In this document: positions 47,424-59,335 of the stretch, in pieces
Layout: each line of letters opens with the position of its first letter
Numbering within the stretch: the stretch's first letter is position 1
NCBI RefSeq assembly: GCF_000143415.4
Contig: NW_003314389.1
Span: forward strand, 44,158 to 108,157
Length of the DNA: 64,000 bases
Source: Selaginella moellendorffii
Taxonomy: Eukaryota > Plantae > Lycopodiophyta
Direction: 5' to 3'
Notes under the pieces: generated by a model
The model's input: only the letters and a program-made list of their open reading frames with translations
What the model was told of the DNA's origin: nothing
Database searches by the model: none
Made by a program: the position numbers and the translations under genes

Positions 47424-49559
47424 ATGTACAAACACAAACCAGACCCAATCAAGATCCGGGAAAGAGATCTTCGACAAAAGAATCGAGAAGTGAAAAAGGA
47501 AGGGATAGAAAAAGAGAAATTAGAACAACAACAGCAACAAATTTTAGAAATGATATTAGAAAAATACGACAAGGAGGATAAAGAGATTCAAGTTGCCGAG
47601 TCGAGCAACCCAGTTAAAGATAACAAAGAACTAAATATCGAAGACGCCCCAGAGTTTGAGGCATTTGAAGAAGCAGAATACATAGCACCAAAGTTTTACT
47701 TAAATCCAGACTCACCAGAACAACAATTTCACCAACAAAGTCTACAACTTCAAATGGCAATCATCAACCCAGCGACAGCCATAGGGAACATGATTTCCTA
47801 TCCCATTTTTACTGGTGGAAAAACCGAAGATGCAAACCAGCATCTTAAACAATTTGATCAAATTGTAAAGATGAACAAACAGGAAGTGCATCGAGAAATA
47901 CTTTTCCCATACACACTTAAAGGAAAAGCACTCGATTGGCATAATACACTCGATGATGCTTTGACCCATGATGAAAAGGTCACACAATTCAAGGAGCAAT
48001 TCCAGACCGGTGGAACTCCAAAAGAACACTATGAGATCATCAAAAACTTCAAGCAAAAATCACGTGAAGGAATTCAAGATTACACTCGACGATTTAAGTT
48101 TCATGCAAAGCGCTGCAAAGATTTGATAACAGATAAAGGAAAGAGCTTATCCTATATCCAAGGACTAAAAGAAATCTATAGAAACATGGTAGCAATTGCT
48201 GCTGCAACAGAGAATCCAGATGATGAAAGTGTTGATACACTCTCCAAAGAAATCCTCACATTGGAAAAGAGATTCAAGCAATTCACAAAAGCTATACCTT
48301 CACAAACCGATGACGGTTCAGATGATGAAGAAGAGGAAGAAATACGCATTAAGACAAAGAAGAAAACACCCAAAGACCAAGACTTGAAGGATATAATCAG
48401 GAAAATCTCGCAAACCGAACTCAAAGCAGGAGTGTGGTGTACAAAAGGTAAAAACGAGGGACATACATATTCGGAATGCAAGTTACAGCTTCCAAAGTGT
48501 CAAATTTGTGAAAGAGAAGGCCATACAGCCAAGAAATGCCGATACAGGAATACAATGNNNNNNNNNNNNNNNNNNNNNNNNNNNNNNNNNNNNNNNNNNN
48601 NNNNNNNNNNNNNNNNNNNNNNNNNNNNNNNNNNNNNNNNNNNNNNNNNNNNNNNNNNNNNNNACAATTATTATCAACGTGATGATAATTTGTATAATCA
48701 AAGACAAAACTATTACCAGCAAGACAATAGCAACTACAATAGAATACCCCCTCAAGATCAAAGACCAAACAACTATACTGGAAATTATGGAAGAAACTAC
48801 AATACATATCAGCAACGTGATGGACCTCAGGACAACTATCAACGTCCTCCCCCACGAAATTACAATTATGATCAAGAACCATATCGGAATTATAATCAAA
48901 GACCACCCCAGGCTCAAGGTTACAATTACAACCAGCAACCTGCACCGCAGCAAGATAATCGTCCCCAACAACCTTACCAAAATGCAAATCGCGAAAATAA
49001 CCAAGGAGTAAACAATCAGGCTCCGAGGCCAAGACCACCAGCAGCACGAAATGTTGAGGTGGAAATTGACGACCCACAAACTTTTGAAGAACCAGCAATA
49101 CGAACTATCACGAGACAACAATCCAAGTATCAGCAACCAGATAATCTGGAAGAACAAGATTACAATGATGAAGTTGAAATTATCCCAGAAACCGAATGGA
49201 AGAAAAGCAAGAAAATACTTAAAGCAATTCAAGCTGAATTGCAAGCACAAGATCCAGAAACAATCAAAGAACACGACAAACAATCAAACAATCAAGAAAC
49301 AAGAAGTTTTACCCAAGAGGAGTTGGCACCTGTTCAGCAGAAAGAAAAGTTTCATGTGGAAGAGCAAGCTGAAGCAAGGTTGAAGCAAAACCTGGTGGAA
49401 GATGAACAGCCTGATCAGATTGAGCAACCAGCAGAAGAAGACAAAGACCTGCAGTGGATAAAGGAGTTTCAGACGCAGGAACTTGAGGTGGTGCTTCCGA
49501 AGTTTTGTGAGCAGACGGAGCAGAAGAAAAATTCAATGCCAGAGTTTGACGTGGAATAG
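47424..49559 (+). CDS. gag: Retrotransposon Gag: capsid, two zinc knuckles, N/Q/Y-rich low-complexity region, acidic tail
   Basis: FTGGKTEDANQHLKQF...LFPYTLKGKALDW...FKQKSREGIQDYTRRF (Athila/Tat-type capsid with MHR). Knuckles CTKGKNEGHTYSEC (degenerate) and CQICEREGHTAKKC. Open for 711 codons across a 106-N gap. Confidence 0.9.
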   Translation: MYKHKPDPIKIRERDLRQKNREVKKEGIEKEKLEQQQQQILEMILEKYDKEDKEIQVAESSNPVKDNKELNIEDAPEFEAFEEAEYIAPKFYLNPDSPEQQFHQQSLQLQMAIINPATAIGNMISYPIFTGGKTEDANQHLKQFDQIVKMNKQEVHREILFPYTLKGKALDWHNTLDDALTHDEKVTQFKEQFQTGGTPKEHYEIIKNFKQKSREGIQDYTRRFKFHAKRCKDLITDKGKSLSYIQGLKEIYRNMVAIAAATENPDDESVDTLSKEILTLEKRFKQFTKAIPSQTDDGSDDEEEEEIRIKTKKKTPKDQDLKDIIRKISQTELKAGVWCTKGKNEGHTYSECKLQLPKCQICEREGHTAKKCRYRNTMXXXXXXXXXXXXXXXXXXXXXXXXXXXXXXXXXXXXNYYQRDDNLYNQRQNYYQQDNSNYNRIPPQDQRPNNYTGNYGRNYNTYQQRDGPQDNYQRPPPRNYNYDQEPYRNYNQRPPQAQGYNYNQQPAPQQDNRPQQPYQNANRENNQGVNNQAPRPRPPAARNVEVEIDDPQTFEEPAIRTITRQQSKYQQPDNLEEQDYNDEVEIIPETEWKKSKKILKAIQAELQAQDPETIKEHDKQSNNQETRSFTQEELAPVQQKEKFHVEEQAEARLKQNLVEDEQPDQIEQPAEEDKDLQWIKEFQTQELEVVLPKFCEQTEQKKNSMPEFDVE

Positions 49560-52500
49560 GCAGCAGCTGGTCAAGCTGGCTTGGAGCAGAAAGCTGTTGT
49601 GAAGAAGAAAGAAGAAGATGTTGGACAACAAAGAGGTGTAGAAGTTCAGAACCTTGTGGAGCAGCCATCAAGAGGAGCCGTATACCCAGGCCAAAGTTTG
49701 CACTTGAAGGTGGCTGGTGTGAAGTTGGTGAAGAGACGAGGAAGTGTGTTTCTCAAGTTCTGGTGGGACAGAGGCAAGCTGGTTTCATCCTTTGTAGCTC
49801 TGTAGGAGTAGAGGAAGTAAGTAGTAAAGCAGCAAAACTGAAAGCCATCCAAGAGAAGTCGTGGCTGTTTCAAGTCGGATGTTTAAAGTTTCGAGAAGAG
49901 GCGTTTGTGCAACTGATCTCGGGAAGAAGCTGGTCAAATTCAGATCACAAGACTTTGAGGAAGCAGCTCAGACTTATGAAGAGGAGGAAGAGGAGGAGAA
50001 GCCACATGAGGGAGCAGCTACCCACGATGCAGCAATGGAGCAGTGACTGCGGGACGCAGCACAAGGCAGTCGTGGGAGAGTGGAGAAGGGAGAAAAAGAC
50101 AAGCTCGAGGATTCAAGCTTAGGAAAGTAAACTTGAGAGGTTCAAGGTTAGGACTATATTCCTAACCTTGACGTGAGCAATAGCAACTATAAAAGTAGGA
50201 CTTAGAATGTTTTTAGACTTATCCCTAATACAAAATACATTGCAATACATCGTCTTTTTGCCTATCTCTTCGGCTCTTCACAGCAATGTCTTACTTACCC
50301 ACCGCCTTCAAGGGATCAAAGGCGTGGGACTAGCACCTTCAAGCATTTGTTCACAGTCTCAACTTGGCTTGGCACAAGCAGGTAAGTGCATTCTTCTTGT
50401 AGTGTAGTTTTAGATTTAGGGACTAGATTAGATTTGAATCTCCTAGGAAGATCTCGTGTGGACGTTTTCCTCCCAGTCCAGAGAGTCCAGGAGTTTTCAG
50501 TCTTGGCACAAGTGGGGAGTGTCGTAAAAGTAGGCTTATAGAGCCGAGGGTGTGGAGACACCGAATGTGCCAAGGTGTGTTGCCTTGAGGTCAAGTTAGT
50601 GGGTTTATGAGAACCCCTTCCCAGAGGAATCCTAATGGAAATGGGAATAGCATGGCCTAAGCTGGAAGGCATGCAATTGGAGTGTGGTGACCCAGATAAT
50701 GATGGAGGTGTGGAAGCACCAAGCAATGAGTTGTAGGACTTGACAACTATGGGGCAACTAAGCAAGAGGTGCAAGGTAATTGGTTAAACGGGTAGAAGGT
50801 AGCTACCTAAGACTTCTTAATGGCATAAAGAAGTTAGATATACCCTTATCGGGGATAAGTTGCTTATGTTGCGATATAGTGAGTCAATGTCATAAAAGGA
50901 AATGCTCGTTGTTAAGGAGGCCATCATTGGAACACCCAAACACTCTAGAACACCAAGAGGTGGTGTTTAGTGTCGCAACGGCATTAGATAAGGCCCAAGG
51001 GACTAAGTCCCTAGCGAATGATGGATAGAAGGCACTATCCAAACGTCTAAGGTTGCAAAGACGGGAAAAATCTCTCTACTCGACTTAAACAAAGCTAAAA
51101 AAGGAATTTGGCGAGGCTAATGATGGGCATATAAAGGCCCATGAGTAGCAACATTAATCCCAGTATGTGGAATTACAAAGTGAGCATACCCGGATTGAGG
51201 AACCACTCCCAAAGCTATCGGGTAGGTTCATCCCTATGAATACTTGCTAAGGCATAGTAGAAAGTGCAAAGCTACCCTCCTATTCTAGAGGAGAATAACT
51301 GAAGGAAATATATAAGGCCAAAAAGAAAAGTAGTAAAGGGATGGGACTGAGCCATAGGAATTGAAGGGCATAACCAAGGGTGGTTATGTAAATTGGGAGT
51401 GGAGAATCAAGTGGGTGCTCGAGTGTGTTGCCGCTAGCAATTGTGATGCCATGAAGAGTCTAAGTATGGAATTGTCCATGTTAGACCATATGGCAATTTA
51501 AAAGCTTGCGAAAAGAGAGGCTCTAGCTAGCTAAGGGATGGAGTTCCTTTAAAGGTTCCCAAAGGCAATTCTAGGTAGAGTAGTACCTAGACAGACAAGT
51601 GTAAATGGCTCATAAAACGCGTGAAATCAGAGTGGCAGAGCAGAAACGTGGTCTTGAAGCTGGTTATGAGGCAAGGCTATCAAGGTTAGGGAAGTAGTTC
51701 CCAAGTGTTCAAAGTGAAGGCTTTGAACAAAAGTCGATGGTTAAAGACTTTCATGCTTATGCATGAACCATGTTACGATGGCCGGATGACTTGCTACGCG
51801 AGATTGGCGAGTCAGGGGAACAAATCCCCTAGTTGAAGGTGCTAACTTCAAAAGGGGTGGCCCATGGGGCTGAGCATGAAGGAGTCCTTTCAAGTCGGAG
51901 CTTTTAGTCCAAACGTGTTACATTCGTTTGGCTTTTGCTTTAGCCACTACCACGTGGCAGCCTTTTGGCTCCACTTCGGGGCCTAGAGATTTTTTGTCTC
52001 ACAACTAGATTCATTGGAAAGAATCCAAATGGGAAAGTTAGTTGAGGAACACTAATGTGTTAGATGCTAATAAATTGTAGGAAAAGAAGTGTGCTTCCAA
52101 GAATAAATTCCCAAATGCTCTAATTTAGCAGCTCCAAGGGAGGGAGCAGCGAGGTAGCCAAATGATAGGGCTATGGACAGCTCTAATACAAATTATGTAA
52201 AAATGAAATTTAGTGCTTAGAGTGGCATGAAATAGAAAAGAGGATGAACTTCCTAAGATAGGGAAGTGGAATTTGCACAATATGTGCAATGAAAGGTATC
52301 GAAGACATCTAGAAATTGACTTCATGAAGTCAAAATTAAAAGTTCCAAAGATGAATGGTTATATCGATAGAGGTTGAGACGACTCGAGAATGTTAGTGGG
52401 ATTGAGATAGAGAAGGTGTCTCTAACAAGTTTAGCAAGAACTAAACCAATAAGAAGGGGAGAACCACCCTAGGTGGTCGAATGAATCTCTATACTGGAGA

Positions 52501-53377
52501 GACTATACTCCTTAGAGGATGGACAAGGCATGGTGACCCTTTAGTGTCAAACATTGATGAATATTAGGTGGGTGCCAAGGATCTCAGTGCCAAGGATGGA
52601 AAGGGTAATACATGTTAGTATTACTTTATAAAATGGTTTACCATTCGATGAGGACATCAAACTTTGTCTATAGGTGGTGGAGTTGTGAGACATAAAATCC
52701 CTAGGCTCAAGGAACGAGCACAAAATAAGCAATAAATGAACCTCTAAAAAAGGGGGATAAAAGGACCAACACATGACACGTGGAAGTGTCCGAGATGGAG
52801 TCCAAGATGAACACGAGATGGAGTCTGAGATGGACCCGAGAGGGAGTCCAAGATGGACCTGAGACAGAGTCCAAGATGGACCCAAGATGGACTCCGAGAT
52901 GAATTGAGATGGAGTTTGAGATGGACCCAAGATAGAGTCCAAGATGAACCTGAGACGGAGTTCGAGATGGACCCGAGACAAAGTTCGAGATGGACCCGAG
53001 ATGGAGTCCGAGATGGACCCGAGATGGAGTCTGAGATGGAGTTCAAGATGGAGTCCGAGATAGAACCGGAATCGAGACCGAGATCGAGTCCAAGTCAAAG
53101 TTCGAATACCAATACAGGCTGTTGGGTGAAAGCCCAAAGTGATCGCCAATGGACCCCAATGGAGCCAGTTGGCTAGGAAAGGCCAGTTTGGCCCAAGAAG
53201 GCTGTAACCAGGTGTTGGGTGATGGGATAACCACTAGGAAGTCCAAGGCTAGAGTGAATATGCACCAACAAGTGGGGTAGCTTGCTGAAGTGTTCAAGAT
53301 CTAGCTCTAGTTCCCCCAGGAGATCAAATGGTCAATGCTCCTAGTCCAAGCGTGGGCAGCACTACCTACTTAAATAC

Positions 53378-54594
53378 TGTGAGACACAAATCCTTAAGCC
53401 CCAAAGTGGAGCCGAAAGGGTGCCAAGTGGTAGTGGCCGAAGCGAAAGCCAAATGAGCATAACACATTTGGAATAAAAGCTCTCATTTGAGGAGTCCAAG
53501 ATGAACCGAGATGGAGTCTAAGATGGACCTAAGATGGAATCCGAGATGGAGTCCGAGAAGGATCCAAGATGGAGTCCGAAGTCGAGACTGAGAACGAGAC
53601 CGGGACCAAGACTGAAACCGAGACCAGGACCGAGACTGAGACTGGGACCGAGACCGAGACCGAGGCTGAGGCCGAGACCGAGCCCAAGCTCAAGGTCGAG
53701 TTCAAGTCCGAGTCCGAGTCCGAGTCCAAGTCCGAATCCGAGTTTAAGTCTAAGAGGGTGAAAGCCTAAACGTTCATCTCCCAGACCCTAGGGGGTTTGG
53801 TGAGCTCCAAAAGTATAGTAGGGGGAGGACTCCAGTGGAGCCAGTTTGGCCAAGAAAGGCTAGTTTGGCCCAAGAAGACTGTACCCAGGTGTTGGGTGAT
53901 AGGATAACCACTGGGAAGTCCAAGGCTAGAGTAAATACAAACTAACAAGCGGGGTAGCTTGGTGAAGTCTTCAAGAGCCAGCTCTAGTTCCCCCAGGAAA
54001 TCAAACAGCCGATGCTCCCAGTCCAAGTGTGGGTGGCACTACCTACTTGGTTACCTAGCGTGGCTCAATAGAACCTCGCTCTGAGCCCATGGCTAAAGCA
54101 CCCAAAGGTGGAAGGTGGGGAGAGTACCTATGGGGCTTGCGTAGGGCCACGGTATTCCGAAATGTTGTCCCAAAGTCCCAGACTATGGAAAGGAAGAGGA
54201 ATGATCCTCTGGTGTAGTGACCAATGATATGGTCATGTGGTGAGGAAGTCCCAAAGGATAGTGGGACTTAGTGGTCGGGCCTGTGGACCTTGTCCTAGTG
54301 GCAGTGTTGGCAAACACAGCCATGGACAGAAAAGGGACTTGATGGAGACTATAAAAGGGATATTGGAGAAGGTTATTCCCCATGTCGGCGGGCATCTTAA
54401 GGATGCTAAGGAGTGGACCTAGGATGGTCACTCATTGATGGATGGCCTAGTCTTTGAGAGTTGGGACTATGATGTAGGTGGTGTTGGACCATTGGTGTGA
54501 CCATGGGGAATGAGCATGGCCTTAGCGTAATGGGCTAGTATGTCGGTGGTACCTTGGGGTGTCGGTCATGGGATTGAACATGTGGAGCACTAGG
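53378..54594 (+). mobile_element. Partial family-A LTR nested in another family-A LTR
   Basis: A new TGTGAGACACAAA start at 53378, followed by repeats and the promoter module; truncated at ~54594. Confidence 0.7.
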
Positions 54595-57500
54595 ATGTAT
54601 AGTAGGGATAGTGGGTAGGTCGAGTATAGCTGACCAACCTGAGGCATAGTCTAGCTCTTGCTTATGTGCCTGTCCTTGTTTTGCATCCGGCTTGGGTCTA
54701 AGCTCAAGTTCCATTCCATGCGAGCTAGTGGAGTACCCATGTCCTCACATTAGGCCACTAATATGCTAAAATAGCACTAGACTTCGTTTGGCTCTATTTT
54801 GCGTGCTTTTACTCTAGGACTGTTCCAAGTCACTCCGTGCCCCTATCCCTTCACTCCTTGGGCTATATGTTTGGGAGTTGCTCCATGGCTCGGTTCTATC
54901 ACTCCCTGGCTCCATGCTTGGGAGTTTGGCACTGTTCCTTCGTTTAGTGGCCCAAGGCCCTAAAACTTAGGTTCCACACCATTGTTCTTTAGACATGTGG
55001 TATGTGACATCTAGCATCTGTCATGTGGCACAAAGAGGGTTTAGGTTCCACTTCGTGGTGTTATCCTATATTAAATCACCATAGGATAAAAGGTCAAAAC
55101 CACGTGTGCTACATTTGGTATTAGAGGATGAGTCTCGGCAAGTACTATCCAATGAGATTGGGCAACTAGTCTTGTTGCATATGCAAATATGAAAATGATG
55201 ATCCAAGTGGGTACACGTTTGGGTGCAAAGGCTTCACTTTGGTTCCTTGGTATGGATTTTGGTTACCTTTTTATACCTTATTATGTGAGCTTGCTCTTGG
55301 GCTCATAGGATGGAATAAGCTGTTCCGTTTGCACGAGTTTGTGCTTGGGCTCGTGAGTGAGGCACATTAGCAACTCAAGATTACACTTTGAGTTGGCAGG
55401 ATTAATGTTAGCCTATCCGTGATTCCATGAGTTGTTTCTTGTACCATGGGAGAATGTAAACTTTCCCTGGGTTTGCTATGAGTGGTAAATAGGCTGGTCC
55501 GTAGCTATTTAGCACAGCACTAGTGGATCCTTCCTAGGCATGATTACAAGTGGATCAATCAAGACTATAGGGATGAGTCTATTGATTCAAGTAATCCTTG
55601 CCGTGCTCTCTCATAAACTTTTCTTGGATTGGACTAAAGGCAGTGCAAAAGCAAGCTTGAGGTTTAGTCAAATATGAGACCGAAAAGAAAGTCCTCAGGG
55701 ATGAAGGATCAAACATATAAATCATCTTCTTTTCTTGGAGAGATGATTTGCAATGAGGTGTTAACTCATTAATCATGTTCACATCGTGCAATCAAGAGTC
55801 TCTATCTTGATGTATGTTGAGTATGATGGTCTTACAAATGGTGAGTTGTGGGATGGATAGCGGTGAAGTGCTAAACCATTTTTGTCTGGGCTTGCTATTG
55901 GAAGACTTAGGTTACAATACTCAATTCTTTTTCGGGGAACCTTGTTATTACTCCTTGAGTAACTTGGTGTTAGTTTAGTTTTGAGTTTGGTCAGAAAGAG
56001 AGTGACATGAGCTTGTCCGTGTTGTGAACAAAAGTTAATGGTCTTCGGTGTTGTAAATCTATATCGGTGGGGTGTGGCATTTATGTTGCATTTTGTCGAA
56101 TCGAGTTGGCACATGATAGTCACATGAACATTTGTAGTAGTGACATGTGCATTGCTCATAGTGTTGCTCAATTGATGATCAAGTCATTGTGATACTTATA
56201 TCATATCCATGTGATAGTGAGCAATGTGTTTACAAAGTTAATTGGTTAAACGATAATCAACCCCAAAGTGGTTGATAGTGAAGCTAGTCTACTTGCAAGT
56301 AGTAACATTGAAGTAGCTTCAACTAAGTTCTCCATAGTGTTCCATTATGCTAAGTTTAAGTTGGTAGCTTGTTTCCGTGAGAGTTTGCCTATAAAGTGTT
56401 GGAAAAAGGTTGTAGCATTCATTTGCTATAGCTTGTCAATTGATCTGTTAGCACTTGGAGTAGATTGTTGGATGGAGAAGGTGTGTAGTTGGGATATTGA
56501 TATCACTAGCGCTTGTGTTAGTGGAAGTACCATTGTTATTTCGAGTGATGAGGAATTTTTCTTAGACCTTGATTTTTCATGTCATTTTTCTTGTTAGTGT
56601 TTTGACTTTACATTGAATCTTGAAAGCGATTGAAGAAGAATGTTAGTGCAGATGTCCGAAGATGTGGTTTGCGTGATCAAACCTTGGATGTTCATTTTGC
56701 ATTTTACGGATGTCGATGGTGGAAATTGGAAATATGGGCAAAGATGTTTGATGCTTAAGCATATTGTTGGATCATGAGAATTTGTGTTGAGGTGAACCTA
56801 TGTGAAGTTGTTTATAGGAGGAAGTTGGTTGAGTTTTGAAAGTTTGCAATCCTAGACCGAGAGACATTCTTTCTCTAGGATGGAAAATTTTTCCACAAAT
56901 TTTCTTAGACTTTTCCAATGGTTGATCTATTGATTACTTTGCTCGAAAACCATTCCGTTTTCGTAAGCTAGTACAAACTAGTGAAGGGCTTGGAGTTGAC
57001 TTTGGTTAGCTTAGACCCTAGTAGGTAGTTTGTATGATGCGGCCCAAAGGGGATGCTGACTTTTAAGGCTAAGGCGATTGAGTTGGATAGAGTCTAGAGT
57101 TGGTATAGAAAAATGGCCGTTGCGCTTTTCTAAGAAGGGTGACCCTTGTGCCTTTCTTTTATAGTGTTCTGCTTGGTTTCAGGTTGCACCTTGCATTTCA
57201 TTAGACTCTATGAGAGTAGTAAGTTCTCACTGATCCTGATTTGGTCTTGGTGGTCTTTCACCTTGGATGAGGATAGTGATGTCCAACTTAGTTATTTGAA
57301 GTTGAGATGTTAGTACTCGTACTACAACTTTGTCTATGAGGAGGTTGTGTACCAATATGAGTCCATCTTACGGTCTTCACTTTTGTTTCAACTGAGTGTT
57401 GATCATGCATAGCTAGCCTTTTCAAGGCATGCTCAGAACTATTGGCTAAATGCATTAGTGAGCTTATTTCAGTTGAGTTAGATTCTAGTGTCATTTAGTT

Positions 57501-58105
57501 ATATTTATCCATGAACCTTTATCTCATACTTGAGGTATTACGTTCATGTTGGATGAGTATATGACTAGATGACATGAGCTTAGGTCTTGTGAAGGCAAGT
57601 TGAAGAGTGGTTGTTGGTTGCTTTGCACTAAGTGATTACTTATAGACTTTGTCAAAAGACTATTGATACTTGCTTTGCTCATTGATGATTTAGCAATGAT
57701 GGGCTTGCTTTACTGGATGGTGTTGCAGAGGATTGTGTCGTTAGACTTATATAGGTTTTCCATATTAGCATATCGATTCTACCTCTGTCGATATCATTTA
57801 GTGATATTTAGTCTATGGTGTTAGATTTCATTGAATCTTGGATGTGGTGATTCATTCCTTGATGATGTGTTATCTGTAACTGAGTTTTGCTAAAGGATTA
57901 GTCTCGGATACTAACTAAAGTATTTTTTACTTTGGTTAGCTTAGTTGCCAGAGAGTTTTTGGTGGTGAATCACTCTTGCTTCCTTCTAGCTTTACTATGG
58001 TGTTGATGGTATTGAAGTGATGCCTTGTCATTGACCATATTGATGTTGAGATTCAAGTGAAATGAGATGTCTCTCTCCAAATATTGATATTGAGTTTTAT
58101 TAGTC
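54595..58105 (+). mobile_element. Family-B non-coding element 5' part (partial LTR to 55113, PBS 55116, non-coding interior)
   Basis: The LTR ends GTGCTACA and is followed by TGGTATTAGAG. The interior matches 32470-33060 in reverse complement. Confidence 0.75.
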
Positions 58106-59300
58106 TGTGAGACACAAAATTCCTAGGCCCCAAAATGGAGCCGGAAGGGCACCACGTGGTAGTGGCCGAAGTGAAAGCCAAATGAGCATAACACGTTTGG
58201 ACTAAAAGCTCCGACTTGAAAGGTCGAGAGTGGGAGTGGAACTCCCAACAAAGTGCTCGAGGAATGAGCATGAAGAGAGCAATAAGCAAGACTCTAAAAA
58301 GGGACCCAAAAGGACAAACACATGACACATGGAAATGTCCGAGATGGACCCGAGATGGAGTCCGAGATGGAGTCCAAGATGGACCCAAGATGGAGTCTGA
58401 GATAGATCGAGACGGAGTCTGAGATGGAGTCCGAGATGGACCCGAGATGGAGTCCGAAATAGACCGAGACGAAGCCCGATGTGAGACACAAAATCCCTAG
58501 GCCCCAAAGTGGAGCCAAAAAGGGTGCCATGTGGTAGTGGCTGAAGCGAGAGCCAAACGAGCGTAACACGTTTGGACCAAAAGCTCCGACTTGAAAAGTC
58601 AAGAGCGGGAGTGGAACTCCCAACGAAGTGCTCGAGGAACGAGCACGAAGCGAGCAAAAAGCGAGGCTCCAAAAAGGGACCCAAAAGGACCAACACATGA
58701 CACGTGGAAGAGTCTGAGATGGAGTCCGAGGTGGACCCGAGATGGACCCGAAATGGAGTCCGAGATGGAGTCCGAGATGGAGTCCGAGGTGGACCCGAGA
58801 TGGACCCGAAATGGAGTCCGAGATGGAGTCTGAGATGGACCCGAGATGGAGTCCGAGATGTAGTCTGAGATGGAGTCCGAGATGGAGTCCGAGATGGAGT
58901 CCGAGGTGGACCCGAGATGGACCCGAGATGGAGTCCGAGATGGAGTCCGAGGTGGACCCGAGATGGACCCGAGATGGAGTCCGAGATGGAGTCCGAGGTG
59001 GACCCGAGATGGACCCGAGATGGAGTCCGAGATGGACCCGAAATGGAGTCCGAGATGGAGTCCGAGATGGAGTCTGAGGTGGACCCGAGATGGACCCGAA
59101 ATGGAGTCCGAGATGGAGTCCGAGATGGATTCTGAGGTGGACCCGAGATGGACCCGAAATGGAGTCCGAGATGGAGTCCGAGATGGACCCGAGATGGAGT
59201 CCGAGATGGACCCAAAATGGAGTCTGAGATGGACCCGAGATGGAGTCTGAGATGGACCCGAGATGGAGTCCGAGATGGAGTTCGAGATGGAGTCCGAAGT

Positions 59301-59335
<35 letters not shown>

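Larger units (their letters stand above)
44679..50499 (+). mobile_element. Young Gag-only (TR-GAG-like) LTR retroelement with upstream accessory ORFs
   Basis: TSD GTCTT at 44674-44678 and 50500-50504. 419-bp LTRs at 44679-45097 and 50081-50499; I see two substitutions between them. PBS TGGCGACCACGGTGGGA at 45099-45115 is complementary to a plant tRNA-Arg 3' end. No PR/RT/RH/IN. Confidence 0.92.
41951..53377 (+). mobile_element. Older family-A LARD copy (5' LTR 41951-43692, PBS 43696, interior split by the 44679-50499 insertion, truncated 3' LTR from 52684)
   Basis: The interior is colinear with 25001-29057. An inverted LTR-A fragment at 51888-52003 coincides with a ~1 kb deletion. Confidence 0.8.
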
